Shown here: positions 46,712 through 54,876 of the stretch, one piece after another
Numbering within the stretch: position 1 is the stretch's first letter
Layout: the number at the start of each line of letters is the position of its first letter
Source: Candidatus Aenigmatarchaeota archaeon
GTDB taxonomy: Archaea > Aenigmatarchaeota > Aenigmatarchaeia > GW2011-AR5
Direction of reading: 5' to 3'
Length of the DNA stretch: 64,000 nt
Assembly (NCBI GenBank): GCA_016187335.1
Contig: JACPJW010000001.1
Coordinates: 768,001-832,000 of the forward strand
Notes under the pieces: model-generated
The model's database searches: none
What the model saw: the letters and a program-made list of their open reading frames with translations, nothing else
Told to the model about the DNA's origin: nothing
Program-made: the position numbers and the translations under genes

Positions 46712-46990
46712 GAAATCGCAGATTAAATTGAATTTGCAAATTATTTTTTCCGAGAAACTAATGCAGAGAAGGGTTTATAAGTGTTGCTAAAACGGAAAAA
46801 GAAAATCGGAAATAATTTATCAGGATAAAATTAGCAAGAAAAGGTTTCAGAAAATAAGTTCCTTAAACATTTGATTCTTCAATCTATCTGCGATTTTTTC
46901 CGCAGTTTCTTTGTAATTCAATTGTAATTGAAAAATCCCATACATTTCGCTGAGAGAAGTTTTTAAAACTACTTTGAAGTAACAGTAAAT

Positions 46991-47374
46991 ATGGATGAAA
47001 TTGATGACAGGGAAATTTTAATTGTAATTGACGGAATAAAGGTGACAAGAAAGGCTGCAATACAGAGACTTATGGAATGTTTAGGCGCACCTGAAGAGCC
47101 GCTGTTCGCGCAGGACGGGCGTCCGAGATATATTCGGCGACAAGGGAATCCGGAGCATCAGGTTCCTGAAGGCTTTGCAAGCTACGTTTCCAATCTGGCT
47201 GCGTGGATAGACTCGCGCTCGGCAGAAGGCGATGCAGCAGCCCGCCTGGAAGATTATGCTATTCGCCGGAGAATATATTTCAGGGAGTTTCGCAACATGC
47301 CTTACAAAAGGCTGGCTGGAATCCTGGAAAGCCGTGACGCAAAAGCTGGCAGGATGCTTGGAACCGGGGTTTAG
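46991..47374 (+). CDS. Hypothetical protein
   Basis: 127-aa ORF, no motif. Confidence 0.55.
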   Translation: MDEIDDREILIVIDGIKVTRKAAIQRLMECLGAPEEPLFAQDGRPRYIRRQGNPEHQVPEGFASYVSNLAAWIDSRSAEGDAAARLEDYAIRRRIYFREFRNMPYKRLAGILESRDAKAGRMLGTGV

Positions 47375-47408
47375 TTTTTCGCTTGTGGCCTCTGAAAAGG
47401 TCTACCGT

Positions 47409-47435
47409 TTTGATCAAACTTTTCTGAAAAGTTTG
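47409..47435 (+). repeat. REP-like palindrome unit
   Basis: TTTGATCAAACTTTT-CTG-AAAAGTTTG. Confidence 0.75.
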
Positions 47436-47472
47436 TTTTCCCATTTAAATATTTTCACAGCGTATTCTTCAC

Positions 47473-47820
47473 ATGCTTTCTGAGGAGAGGTTCAAGTACA
47501 GGCGCGCGCCTGCCATGCCGAGGCGCATCACTGAGATAAACCCCGAGAAGGACATAAGGGTGAGGATTTTCGGCCGCGTTCTTGACAAGTCCGATGGCAC
47601 GCTGATTGTTGACGACGGCTCGTCATCCGCGGAAATAGTCGTTGACAACAGCGAGACAGTGCGTGCCGGCGACGTTGTGAGGATATTTGCCCGCGTGCTG
47701 CCGCTGGAGACAGGCTACGAATTGCGCGGCGAAGTGATCCAGATAATGAACGACATGGACACGGCATTGCTCCGCAAGATAGAGCTGCAGGACAACATGG
47801 GGATAAGGGTGGGGGAATAA
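47473..47820 (+). CDS. OB-fold replication protein A small subunit (RPA3-like)
   Basis: RRITEI...RVRIFGRV...LIVDDGS...GDVVRIFARV...GEVIQ OB-fold pattern; upstream of PCNA. Confidence 0.75.
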   Translation: MLSEERFKYRRAPAMPRRITEINPEKDIRVRIFGRVLDKSDGTLIVDDGSSSAEIVVDNSETVRAGDVVRIFARVLPLETGYELRGEVIQIMNDMDTALLRKIELQDNMGIRVGE

Positions 47821-47822
47821 AC

Positions 47823-48092
47823 ATGTCCATGCCCTCGTATAATGAAGTTCATTCAAGGCTGTTGGCTGAATTAGATAGAGAAACCCCTTCTGTGCTTGCG
47901 CAGGGAGTTAGAATGCTTTTAGAAAATCTCCGATTAAGATACCAATTAAAATCTACTGAAGAAAATTTAGAAGGTTACGTATCGGCAATATCCTTAGTAG
48001 AGGAAGCTCTTGGATTGGGACGCCAGAAACAGCATGTCCGTTCAGTCAGGGCAAATAGTCCCGAACCCTATGTATTCCAGCGAACTGGTTGA
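47823..48092 (+). CDS. Hypothetical helical protein inserted between RPA3 and PCNA
   Basis: Starts 2 nt after the RPA3 stop and ends 6 nt before the PCNA start; AT-richer codons. Confidence 0.55.
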   Translation: MSMPSYNEVHSRLLAELDRETPSVLAQGVRMLLENLRLRYQLKSTEENLEGYVSAISLVEEALGLGRQKQHVRSVRANSPEPYVFQRTG

Positions 48093-48098
48093 TTAACA

Positions 48099-48842
48099 AT
48101 GTTCTCAGCATCCATAGACGACGTTTCATTGCTCAGGGACAGCATATCGGCTGTGAGCGAGCTCATAGACGAAGTAGAGCTCAGCGTGAAGGCGGGCGGG
48201 CTGAAGATGGTCGCGGCGGACAGGGCAGTTGTTGTCGTGGTTGATTTCTTTCTGAGCAAGGACGCCTTCCGTGAATACAGCTACGAAGAAGACGCCAGGA
48301 TCGGATTAAACCTTGTGAGCTTCCTGCAGATTTTGCGGCGCGCCATGCCAGGGGACAGGCTGAAGCTCAGGCTTGAGGGCAACAAGCTTCATATCGTCTT
48401 GGAAGGGCAGTCCCTGCGCTCATTTGTTCTGCCGCTCATAGACGTGTCGCGCGAGGAAACGCCGCCCCTTGACAAGCTGGCGTTCCCTGCAATCTTTGGG
48501 ATGAGTTCTGATATATTCTCAAGCGGCGTTGACGACGCGGAGCTCGTGGGCGACTCCGTTGTGCTGACGGTAAGGAAGGACAGGTTCACCATGAAAAGCG
48601 AGTCGGATTCGTCCGCAACGCAGCTGGAGATTGTTCCGGGCGAAACATTGCGCGTTGTTGACATAAACGAGCCCGTCCGCGGCAGGTATTCTGTGGACTA
48701 CCTGAAAAAAATACTGAAGGCAAGGAAGCTTTCCGCCAACGTGACGATATCAATGGCATCCGATTACCCCGTCAAGTTCCAGTTCGACGTGCCCGGAAAG
48801 ATGGAGCTGGGCTTCGTCCTCGCGCCGAGGGTTGAGGAATAA
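48099..48842 (+). CDS. pcn: DNA polymerase sliding clamp PCNA
   Basis: ISELIDEV...AADRAVVVVVD...IGLNL...YSVDYLKKI...DYPVKFQF...FVLAPRVEE. Confidence 0.96.
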   Translation: MFSASIDDVSLLRDSISAVSELIDEVELSVKAGGLKMVAADRAVVVVVDFFLSKDAFREYSYEEDARIGLNLVSFLQILRRAMPGDRLKLRLEGNKLHIVLEGQSLRSFVLPLIDVSREETPPLDKLAFPAIFGMSSDIFSSGVDDAELVGDSVVLTVRKDRFTMKSESDSSATQLEIVPGETLRVVDINEPVRGRYSVDYLKKILKARKLSANVTISMASDYPVKFQFDVPGKMELGFVLAPRVEE

Positions 48843-48896
48843 TTACTTTTGCATTATATTTTGTAATAGTCGAATTGAGGCAGTTTGATTTCTTAG

Positions 48897-49015
48897 GAAA
48901 ATAACATGCTCTAATATGAACCCACGACTTTAGTCGTGGGTTTTATGTGCATGTTATCCAGAATACGTTGTGTTTTTCCTGAAAGGCAGTTTTCAACGTA
49001 TTCTCGGATAAGCAA
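48897..49015 (+). mobile_element. Non-autonomous IS200/IS605-type palindromic element, left copy
   Basis: ACCCACGACT-TT-AGTCGTGGGT hairpin plus a second imperfect palindrome TTATCCAGAATACGTTG...CAACGTATTCTCGGATAA; inverted near-identical copy at 52124-52304. Confidence 0.75.
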
Positions 49016-49248
49016 GAATCAAAGCCTCACGATTTCGTACACTTCTAGTTTGTTTCCAGATATGCGATACAAAAAATATCTCTTGTCAACCTCGACAGGA
49101 TAGAAACGCCCGGGTTTCATTCCCTCCGGCGCTCTTTTTAAAATACGGTGTAATTCAACAGGTCTATGTACGCCAGTGAGCCTCTCATTCATATCTTCAC
49201 CGATTTTTTATTTTTTGGGCCTAATAATTATTTAACCTTTTAACCAGT

Positions 49249-49959
49249 TTGTTTCTTATGACAGTAAGGATTCTGACGAGCGATCTGATTACCGTTGAAG
49301 CTGCTCTTCAGAAAGCAAAAACATCAGGATTCAAGAGTTACAGGGATGGAGATTTCAGGAGGTTTGAGGCAGCTGTCAGGGAAGCTGCCATGAAAAATCC
49401 GCACATTGCTCCATGGCTTCTTCCAGCGTATGAACCTCTAAAGAAGAGAGCGAAGAAATATCTTTCTTTAGTTGAGAAAGAATGGGAAGCGCTGGGTTAC
49501 AGGGTGATGGGACAAATCCATGATGTAACAGATGTTACAGGTTACCCTCTGACCGTGTTCACAACCATGCCTGCTCTCAGGGATATTGATGACGGGGATT
49601 ACCTTATTCTGGGCAGTTCAAGAGAATGGTCCGACCCTGTCCTGAGAATATGCCGCACAGCCTTGATGAGAAAAATTAATGGGAAAGATGGCGGGTACGG
49701 GAGAATAAGGCGGGCTGTTGCCGACCTTGTAATGGAGGAAGTGGTTTCAAGGCTTGTTCATCTTACAGCGCTTCCTCATTATTACGGCGTGGAATACCCT
49801 CCTTTCAAAGGCTGCGGAGTCCTGGAAGAATTGAAAATGCAGCTGCTGCCGGAATGGAACGAATTTATTGCTTCCGAAAGAAACGGAAAAAATATTGATG
49901 ATTTTATATCAAGGGCTGAAGAAATTGCTGGCAGAAAAGAGGAACAATACGCCCGTTAA
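49249..49959 (+). CDS. Hypothetical protein
   Basis: 236-aa ORF, no catalytic motif recognised. Confidence 0.6.
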   Translation: MFLMTVRILTSDLITVEAALQKAKTSGFKSYRDGDFRRFEAAVREAAMKNPHIAPWLLPAYEPLKKRAKKYLSLVEKEWEALGYRVMGQIHDVTDVTGYPLTVFTTMPALRDIDDGDYLILGSSREWSDPVLRICRTALMRKINGKDGGYGRIRRAVADLVMEEVVSRLVHLTALPHYYGVEYPPFKGCGVLEELKMQLLPEWNEFIASERNGKNIDDFISRAEEIAGRKEEQYAR

Positions 49960-49987
49960 GAAATCTCAGGTTCCACCCAGTCTTTCC

Positions 49988-50203
49988 CTATTTCATCCCC
50001 GCCAGGATTTCCTCGGTTTCCGGGAACCTGCCTTCCTTGTGGCGCGAGAAAACAATCTTGCCGTCAACGTAGACGTCGTAGGTGCCCTTGTCGCCGCCCA
50101 CCAGCTCAACTGAAGCGCCGCTCTTTTCCATCTCTTTCTTCATCGCCTCGGCTCGTGCTATGTGCCCGCACGGGACGCAGTAGACTATTTTGACTTTGTG
50201 CAT
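49988..50203 (-). CDS. Rdx family (SelT/SelW/SelH-like) CxxC redoxin
   Basis: IVYCVPCG, GTYDVYVDGKIVFSRHKEGRFPE. Confidence 0.85.
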   Translation of the reverse strand: MHKVKIVYCVPCGHIARAEAMKKEMEKSGASVELVGGDKGTYDVYVDGKIVFSRHKEGRFPETEEILAGMK

Positions 50204-50267
50204 TGAACCACCTAGAATAATCTGATGAAAAAGTTTAAAAGAATGTAGATGTAAGAAACAAGTTAAA

Positions 50268-50531
50268 ATGTACCGAATGATGGCTCCACGTATGCTTGGT
50301 GAATTTTCTTTAGTAACGAATGGCGAAAGAAATCCTTATGACATTGTTGATGATTGTGGGAGGTCTTTGCCATGGCTTGGATACAAAGATGACCCTGATT
50401 GCCCGTGTCCTTTTGGTGGCTCAAGAACTGTCGGTTTAACAATAAATGGAAAGAAACTTGAGGCTTATAAAGCACCAGAGACAAACGGTTTTGTTCGTGA
50501 TGGATGGGGAGATCCGGATTTTGGAGAATAA
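50268..50531 (+). CDS. Hypothetical protein
   Basis: 87-aa ORF, no motif. Confidence 0.45.
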   Translation: MYRMMAPRMLGEFSLVTNGERNPYDIVDDCGRSLPWLGYKDDPDCPCPFGGSRTVGLTINGKKLEAYKAPETNGFVRDGWGDPDFGE

Positions 50532-50535
50532 ATAT

Positions 50536-50994
50536 TTATCCGGTTCGCATCCTGCCGCCTTTGGCGATGCCGTGCTTCTTCACAAAGCCCCCGTTGACTT
50601 CCAGGACGTATTTTGCGGGCTTTGAAACGTAGCGCGGGCATTCAAAGCTTTCACACGGCTCGAAATTTTCTTTTATGTCGACAACCGTCCCGCCGCTGTC
50701 TGCAAAGATAAGGTCTAAAGGAATTAATGTGTTCTTCATCCAGAACGAGCGCGGTGCTTCGTCGCCGTAGATGAAAATCATACCCTGCCCTTCGGGCAAA
50801 GCCTCCCTGAACATCAGGCCCCTTGCCTGCGTTATGGGGTTGTCGGCTATTTCTGCTGTTATGGTTGTCTTGTTTTTTCCGGTTACAGTAACCTGCGTTC
50901 TGCTGTAGGGCAGAATCAGGGCAATGAAAAACAAAACTAGGAAGAAAGCAATCAGGAGCAGAAATAAAATTTTAGGTTCTGACGGGATTAGCAT
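50536..50994 (-). CDS. DUF192 family protein with N-terminal TM
   Basis: AEIADNP...ARGLMFR...GMIF...FWMKNTLIPLD...YVLEVNGG. Confidence 0.92.
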   Translation of the reverse strand: MLIPSEPKILFLLLIAFFLVLFFIALILPYSRTQVTVTGKNKTTITAEIADNPITQARGLMFREALPEGQGMIFIYGDEAPRSFWMKNTLIPLDLIFADSGGTVVDIKENFEPCESFECPRYVSKPAKYVLEVNGGFVKKHGIAKGGRMRTG

Positions 50995-51036
50995 GGAAAT
51001 AATTATTGATAGAAAAGAAGAAATAGTCGGTGAAGT

Positions 51037-51498
51037 TCACGCAAACCTTGTCCAGTCGTCGTCTGCTGCCTTCCTCTTTTCCGCGGGCGCAGCGAGCTTC
51101 TTCTGCATCTCGTCGAAGTATTTCTCGTCCGTCTTGAACCTGGGAAAGTGCAGTTCAATGCCGTCGCCTTGGTAGCGCGGTATGATGTGAAAATGGATGT
51201 GTTCCACTATTTGGCCCGCGATGCGGCCGTTGTTCAGCATTACGTTGGTGCCTTCGCAGTTCAGCTTTTCCTTGACGATGTCGTTGACCTTTTTTACGGC
51301 CGTGCCCAGTTTTTCCATTGTTGAAGCGTCAATGTCATGCATGCTGCCAAAGTGCTTCTTCGGCACCACAAGGACGTGCCCCGGGGAAGCGGGGTTTATG
51401 TCAAGGAAAGCTATGTTGTTCTCGTCCTCGTAGACCCTTTTTGAGGGTATCTCGTTCCTTACTATCTTGCAGAAGATGCATTCCTGTGCGGTTACCAT
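51037..51498 (-). CDS. HIT family hydrolase
   Basis: CIFCKI, AFLDINP, GHVLVVPKKH, HIHFHIIPR. Confidence 0.95.
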   Translation of the reverse strand: MVTAQECIFCKIVRNEIPSKRVYEDENNIAFLDINPASPGHVLVVPKKHFGSMHDIDASTMEKLGTAVKKVNDIVKEKLNCEGTNVMLNNGRIAGQIVEHIHFHIIPRYQGDGIELHFPRFKTDEKYFDEMQKKLAAPAEKRKAADDDWTRFA

Positions 51499-51537
51499 GA
51501 TTATCTATCCTTTGGTTGCATTAATCTAATAATTTAT

Positions 51538-51924
51538 TTAAATCATCACGGTTTCCTTCAAATTTTTGAAATGAGGGTCTCCTGTGACTACCTTTGCCTT
51601 TAATTTCCTCGCAATTGCAAGAACAAAGGCATCAATAAGGACGAAATTCTTCTTCTCTTTTTTTATTTCTGCATGAAGAGATCCAGATTCGGCGCAAATA
51701 TCCTTATCGATATCAAATATTTTTGATAGAAGAGGAATGGTATTGAGGGCCTGTTCGTGGTCGCGATCACGCCGTTTAATAACGCTAACAATCTCTGCCA
51801 TTGTTATCGATGCTGTATAAATTTTGTTTTCCTTATTTTCAACCAGTTTTTTGACATCTTCTCCCTTGGGTGTTCCGTCAAAATATTCCAGCCAAGCGTA
51901 CGCGTCTATTACGTATTTACTCAT
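51538..51924 (-). CDS. vapC: PIN-domain toxin VapC
   Basis: VIDAYAWLEY, TMAE, LIDAFV, TGDPHF. Confidence 0.9.
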   Translation of the reverse strand: MSKYVIDAYAWLEYFDGTPKGEDVKKLVENKENKIYTASITMAEIVSVIKRRDRDHEQALNTIPLLSKIFDIDKDICAESGSLHAEIKKEKKNFVLIDAFVLAIARKLKAKVVTGDPHFKNLKETVMI

Positions 51925-52117
51925 GCGTATCCAGCTCGTCTTCGGCAGTAAAGGGCCCTATTCCTTTAAGGATTCCGAAACCGCTTACCGGGACTTTCTT
52001 TATTTCTATTTTTACAATCTGACCTTCCCGGATGTTTTCTTCCTTGGCCAAGTCCTTAGGTATCCTGACTACCAGAGAACCACCTACTTTCTTAACCCTT
52101 GATATTGTTTCCATCAA
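51917..52117 (-). CDS. vapB: AbrB/MazE-type antitoxin VapB
   Basis: KKVGGSLVVRIPK motif; overlaps vapC start by 8 nt; AGGTGA SD. Confidence 0.88.
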   Translation of the reverse strand: MMETISRVKKVGGSLVVRIPKDLAKEENIREGQIVKIEIKKVPVSGFGILKGIGPFTAEDELDTHE

Positions 52118-52123
52118 ATCACC

Positions 52124-52304
52124 TTGTTATCCGAGAATACGTTGAAAACTGCTGTCTTCAGACAGCAGATGAAACACAACGTATTCTGGATAACATCTTC
52201 AAAAACCAGAGGTTTTTGAGATCTCAAAGAGCTTTGCTCTTTGCAGATGCACATAAAACCCACGACTTTAGTCGTGGGTTCATATTAGAGCATGTTATAT
52301 TTCA
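52124..52304 (-). mobile_element. Non-autonomous IS200/IS605-type palindromic element, right (inverted) copy with internal insertion
   Basis: Reverse complement matches 48897-49015, plus an extra ~50-nt double-hairpin insert flanked by AT. Confidence 0.75.
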
Positions 52305-52355
52305 AGTTAACAAAATATAACATAGAATTATATTTAAAGCTTTCTGGATTGCACA

Positions 52356-52670
52356 TTAAAAAACAAGTATCGGCGCTATTATGACAGCGGTGACTAAAAT
52401 GAAGAATATCATGAGCAGGTAGTTGACGTCCCTCACGAAGCCGAAATGCTCCTCGCCTATCTTTCCTGCAAGCTCTGCAATGAATATCGCCAGCGGCACG
52501 AAGCTGTAGATGGTGAAGCCGAATACATACATGTCGGCGTAAAGCCCGTACGAAGCCGAAGGAATGAAGAAGAAGAATATGTCCACGAGCAGGAACACGA
52601 AGTAAGCCGTGAATATGTATAAATAGAGTCTCGGCATGCCCAGCAGCTTTTCAGTCAGGCCTTCAAACAT
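52356..52670 (-). CDS. Small three-TM membrane protein
   Basis: Three hydrophobic segments; GC3-rich codons. Confidence 0.7.
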   Translation of the reverse strand: MFEGLTEKLLGMPRLYLYIFTAYFVFLLVDIFFFFIPSASYGLYADMYVFGFTIYSFVPLAIFIAELAGKIGEEHFGFVRDVNYLLMIFFILVTAVIIAPILVF

Positions 52671-52717
52671 GATATTAATTTGGCGGGGCGGTTTTAATAT
52701 GTTTAAGGTTTGCGGCC

Positions 52718-53281
52718 TTGCATATCGTCATGCCAAGGCTTGTCGGACTCAGCGGCTATCCGGGAACGGGAAAAAGCCGGGTTGCGGAATATTTGGTTAG
52801 AAACGGCTTTGTGAGGGTTTCCACTGATGAAATGCGCCGGATGCTTTTCGGAAAAGAATGGCCGGAGCTTACTGAAGAAGAAAATATGACAGCATGGATG
52901 GAATGCTACCGCACGAAGCTTAACCTATTGGCTGCTGGTTATAATGTCGTGTTTGATTCAACCGCGCCCACAAATGAAGCAAGAGCCAGTTGGGTTCTGG
53001 GAACAGAAGGACTGCTTTCGGATATTAATGTTGGCAAGTATCTTGTTGTATTGCATACGGACAGGGAGATATTACAAAGAAGGGAAAAGAGGGGAAGAGA
53101 AATGAAATTCTGGGATGAAAAATGGGAAGACCCTTCGCCTGATCTTCCAGCTATTGTCCTGCCTTACATGAGCAACGATGCCTGGGATTATAGAATAATC
53201 TTGCGCGATCTGGAATGGAAGCTCGGGTTGAAAAGTAAAAGTGGGGCCACGAGGAATTTCGGAACTTTCCCTTTTGATTGA
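52718..53281 (+). CDS. P-loop kinase (AAA_33 / PNK-like)
   Basis: GLSGYPGTGKS, STDEMR, VVFDST...AR, LxxREKR lid. Confidence 0.8.
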   Translation: MHIVMPRLVGLSGYPGTGKSRVAEYLVRNGFVRVSTDEMRRMLFGKEWPELTEEENMTAWMECYRTKLNLLAAGYNVVFDSTAPTNEARASWVLGTEGLLSDINVGKYLVVLHTDREILQRREKRGREMKFWDEKWEDPSPDLPAIVLPYMSNDAWDYRIILRDLEWKLGLKSKSGATRNFGTFPFD

Positions 53282-53487
53282 ACTTTTTGGAAAAGTTCAT
53301 TCGAACCCCGATCAGCGCGTTTCTCCTGTCATCTCGGAATCAAAGCTCCAGTTTTGGTTCTTTCCGTGCACGCTTTCGAAACAGCTGGACGCACGAAGTG
53401 CGTCATTCGACTTCGAAAGGGTGCGCTGGAGCGCGCCATCATAACCATACCCTTTTCCGTTTTGATGGAACTTTTTTGAAAAGTTCC
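53279..53487. repeat. Nested-hairpin element bounded by two REP-like units
   Basis: TGAACTTTT-TGG-AAAAGTTCA (53279-53299) and TTTGATGGAACTTTT-TTG-AAAAGTTCC (53461-53487) flank three nested stems (53345-53432). Confidence 0.65.
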
Positions 53488-53668
53488 AAAGGGTTGCCTG
53501 GTTAGACCATAGCCCCGGATAAGATTTCTTTACGTAGACGCTTTCTTTTAAAGAAAGGGTCTGGGGATAAAAAGATTTGCCGCGCTTGAATTTCTTTTCT
53601 GCTCAAATATTGCAGATGACAAAGCTTTATATAATAATTACTCTATAGTAGTTAAATAGGTAATAATC

Positions 53669-54265
53669 ATGCTCAATAAATCCCAAGGAGGGTCTTATAT
53701 CTCCAATGCAGGCGGCTTTTTATCAGCATTTCTGGGCGATGCAGGTCTCTATCTTCACGGCATCTTGCACCCAAGGGAATACCTGCGCCGGATTATGAGA
53801 GACCCTCTTACAGAAGCTTACAACCGGATGGCTTACAACCGTTTTCTTAATCTCCAGTTCGGGCATGCCGTCCGAACCGGTGAGCCGTTTTCCGCCGTGG
53901 TTGTTGATCTGACATTGAAACCTGTGAACGACGCTTACGGGCATCCTATGGGTGACGGCGTGCTAAAGTACGTTACAGAGGTGCTTTTCAGCTACGGTGA
54001 TACATTTAGGACAGGCGGCGACGAGTTCGCGCTTCTGCTTCCTGGCGTGCCTAAAGCAGAAGCTGATAGGTACGCGGCGGAGATTCTGTCTTTGAACGGA
54101 AAAGAAAACGTGATTGACGGCAAAGCATTATCATTCAATCTTTCAGCAGGCGTGGCCTCGTTCCCTGAGGACAAGCCTAGAACTGCGTCAGAGCTTATCT
54201 CCATTGCTGACCAAAGGCTTTACCAGCACAAAAGGCAGAATGGCAACGGCAGAAACGCCACCTGA
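53669..54265 (+). CDS. GGDEF-domain protein (putative diguanylate cyclase)
   Basis: RDPLTxxYNR, VDL-KPVNDAYGHPMGDGVL, RTGGDEFALLLP, SAGVA, ADQRLYQHK. Confidence 0.88.
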   Translation: MLNKSQGGSYISNAGGFLSAFLGDAGLYLHGILHPREYLRRIMRDPLTEAYNRMAYNRFLNLQFGHAVRTGEPFSAVVVDLTLKPVNDAYGHPMGDGVLKYVTEVLFSYGDTFRTGGDEFALLLPGVPKAEADRYAAEILSLNGKENVIDGKALSFNLSAGVASFPEDKPRTASELISIADQRLYQHKRQNGNGRNAT

Positions 54266-54391
54266 AGCCTTTTTATACCTTCTATATAAAGCTTTCGGTT
54301 TTTGGCAACACTTAAAAAGCTTTCTCGGGAAGTAAGGAGCGTCTGGTGTGGGATAAAATCCCGCATCTTGCAAAAAGGGGTGTTACAAGAA

Positions 54392-54736
54392 ATGAAGATG
54401 GAAAAAGTTGGGGAACTGGCATTCCTTGCCTGCGTCGTCATAGCAGTGCTGGCCGGTCTGGTCGCTGCGACCTCACCTTGGGTTCTGGTACTGTTGGTCG
54501 TTCTCGGGCTTGTTGTCGGCTTCCTTAACGTCTCTGAGAAGGAGACTACACCTTTCCTGGTTGCAGCTGCTGCCCTTATAATCGCGGGTACGGCAAGTTT
54601 CGGCCCTATTGACAGTGTGGTTCCGGGTCTCGGTTCCGCATTGAACAATATCCTGAACTATGTCGCCGTGTTCGTCGCTCCGGCAGCGGTCCTCGTGGCC
54701 ATGAAGGCAGTGTACGCTCTTGCTTCAAAGAAGTAA
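54392..54736 (+). CDS. Four-TM membrane protein, unknown function
   Basis: LVVLGLVVGFLNVSEKETTPFLVAA pattern; strongly biased codon usage. Confidence 0.75.
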   Translation: MKMEKVGELAFLACVVIAVLAGLVAATSPWVLVLLVVLGLVVGFLNVSEKETTPFLVAAAALIIAGTASFGPIDSVVPGLGSALNNILNYVAVFVAPAAVLVAMKAVYALASKK

Positions 54737-54876
54737 AACGGCACAAACCATTATAAACAGGGGATGATGACCGAGCATAGGGCTCAGAGTCGACCTTGGT
54801 CGATTTTTTTCTTTCTTAATCAAACTTCTTTGGAAAATTTTCTTTCTGTGACGGAGGATAAGCCACACCCATTCCG

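Noticed and set aside
49988-50203. Selenoprotein (SelW-like) with recoded UGA
   Set aside because: The motif is CVPC with Cys codons; no in-frame TGA
52099-52320. 73-aa ORF on the plus strand
   Set aside because: It is a translation of the palindromic repeat mosaic; stop-free by chance, with no coding signature
53295-53325. GGGGTTCGAA on the minus strand resembling a tRNA T-arm
   Set aside because: No complementary T-stem 3' side, acceptor stem, D-arm or anticodon arm could be built
53360-53405. Direct call of a c-di-GMP-I (GEMM) riboswitch
   Set aside because: Only short strings match, the GGCAAAC and P1 elements are not evident, and the core hairpin is a repeat module seen elsewhere; kept only as a test for the structured element
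53278-53505. 75-aa ORF with TTG start
   Set aside because: It spans the nested-hairpin repeat element, with no SD and no protein-like features
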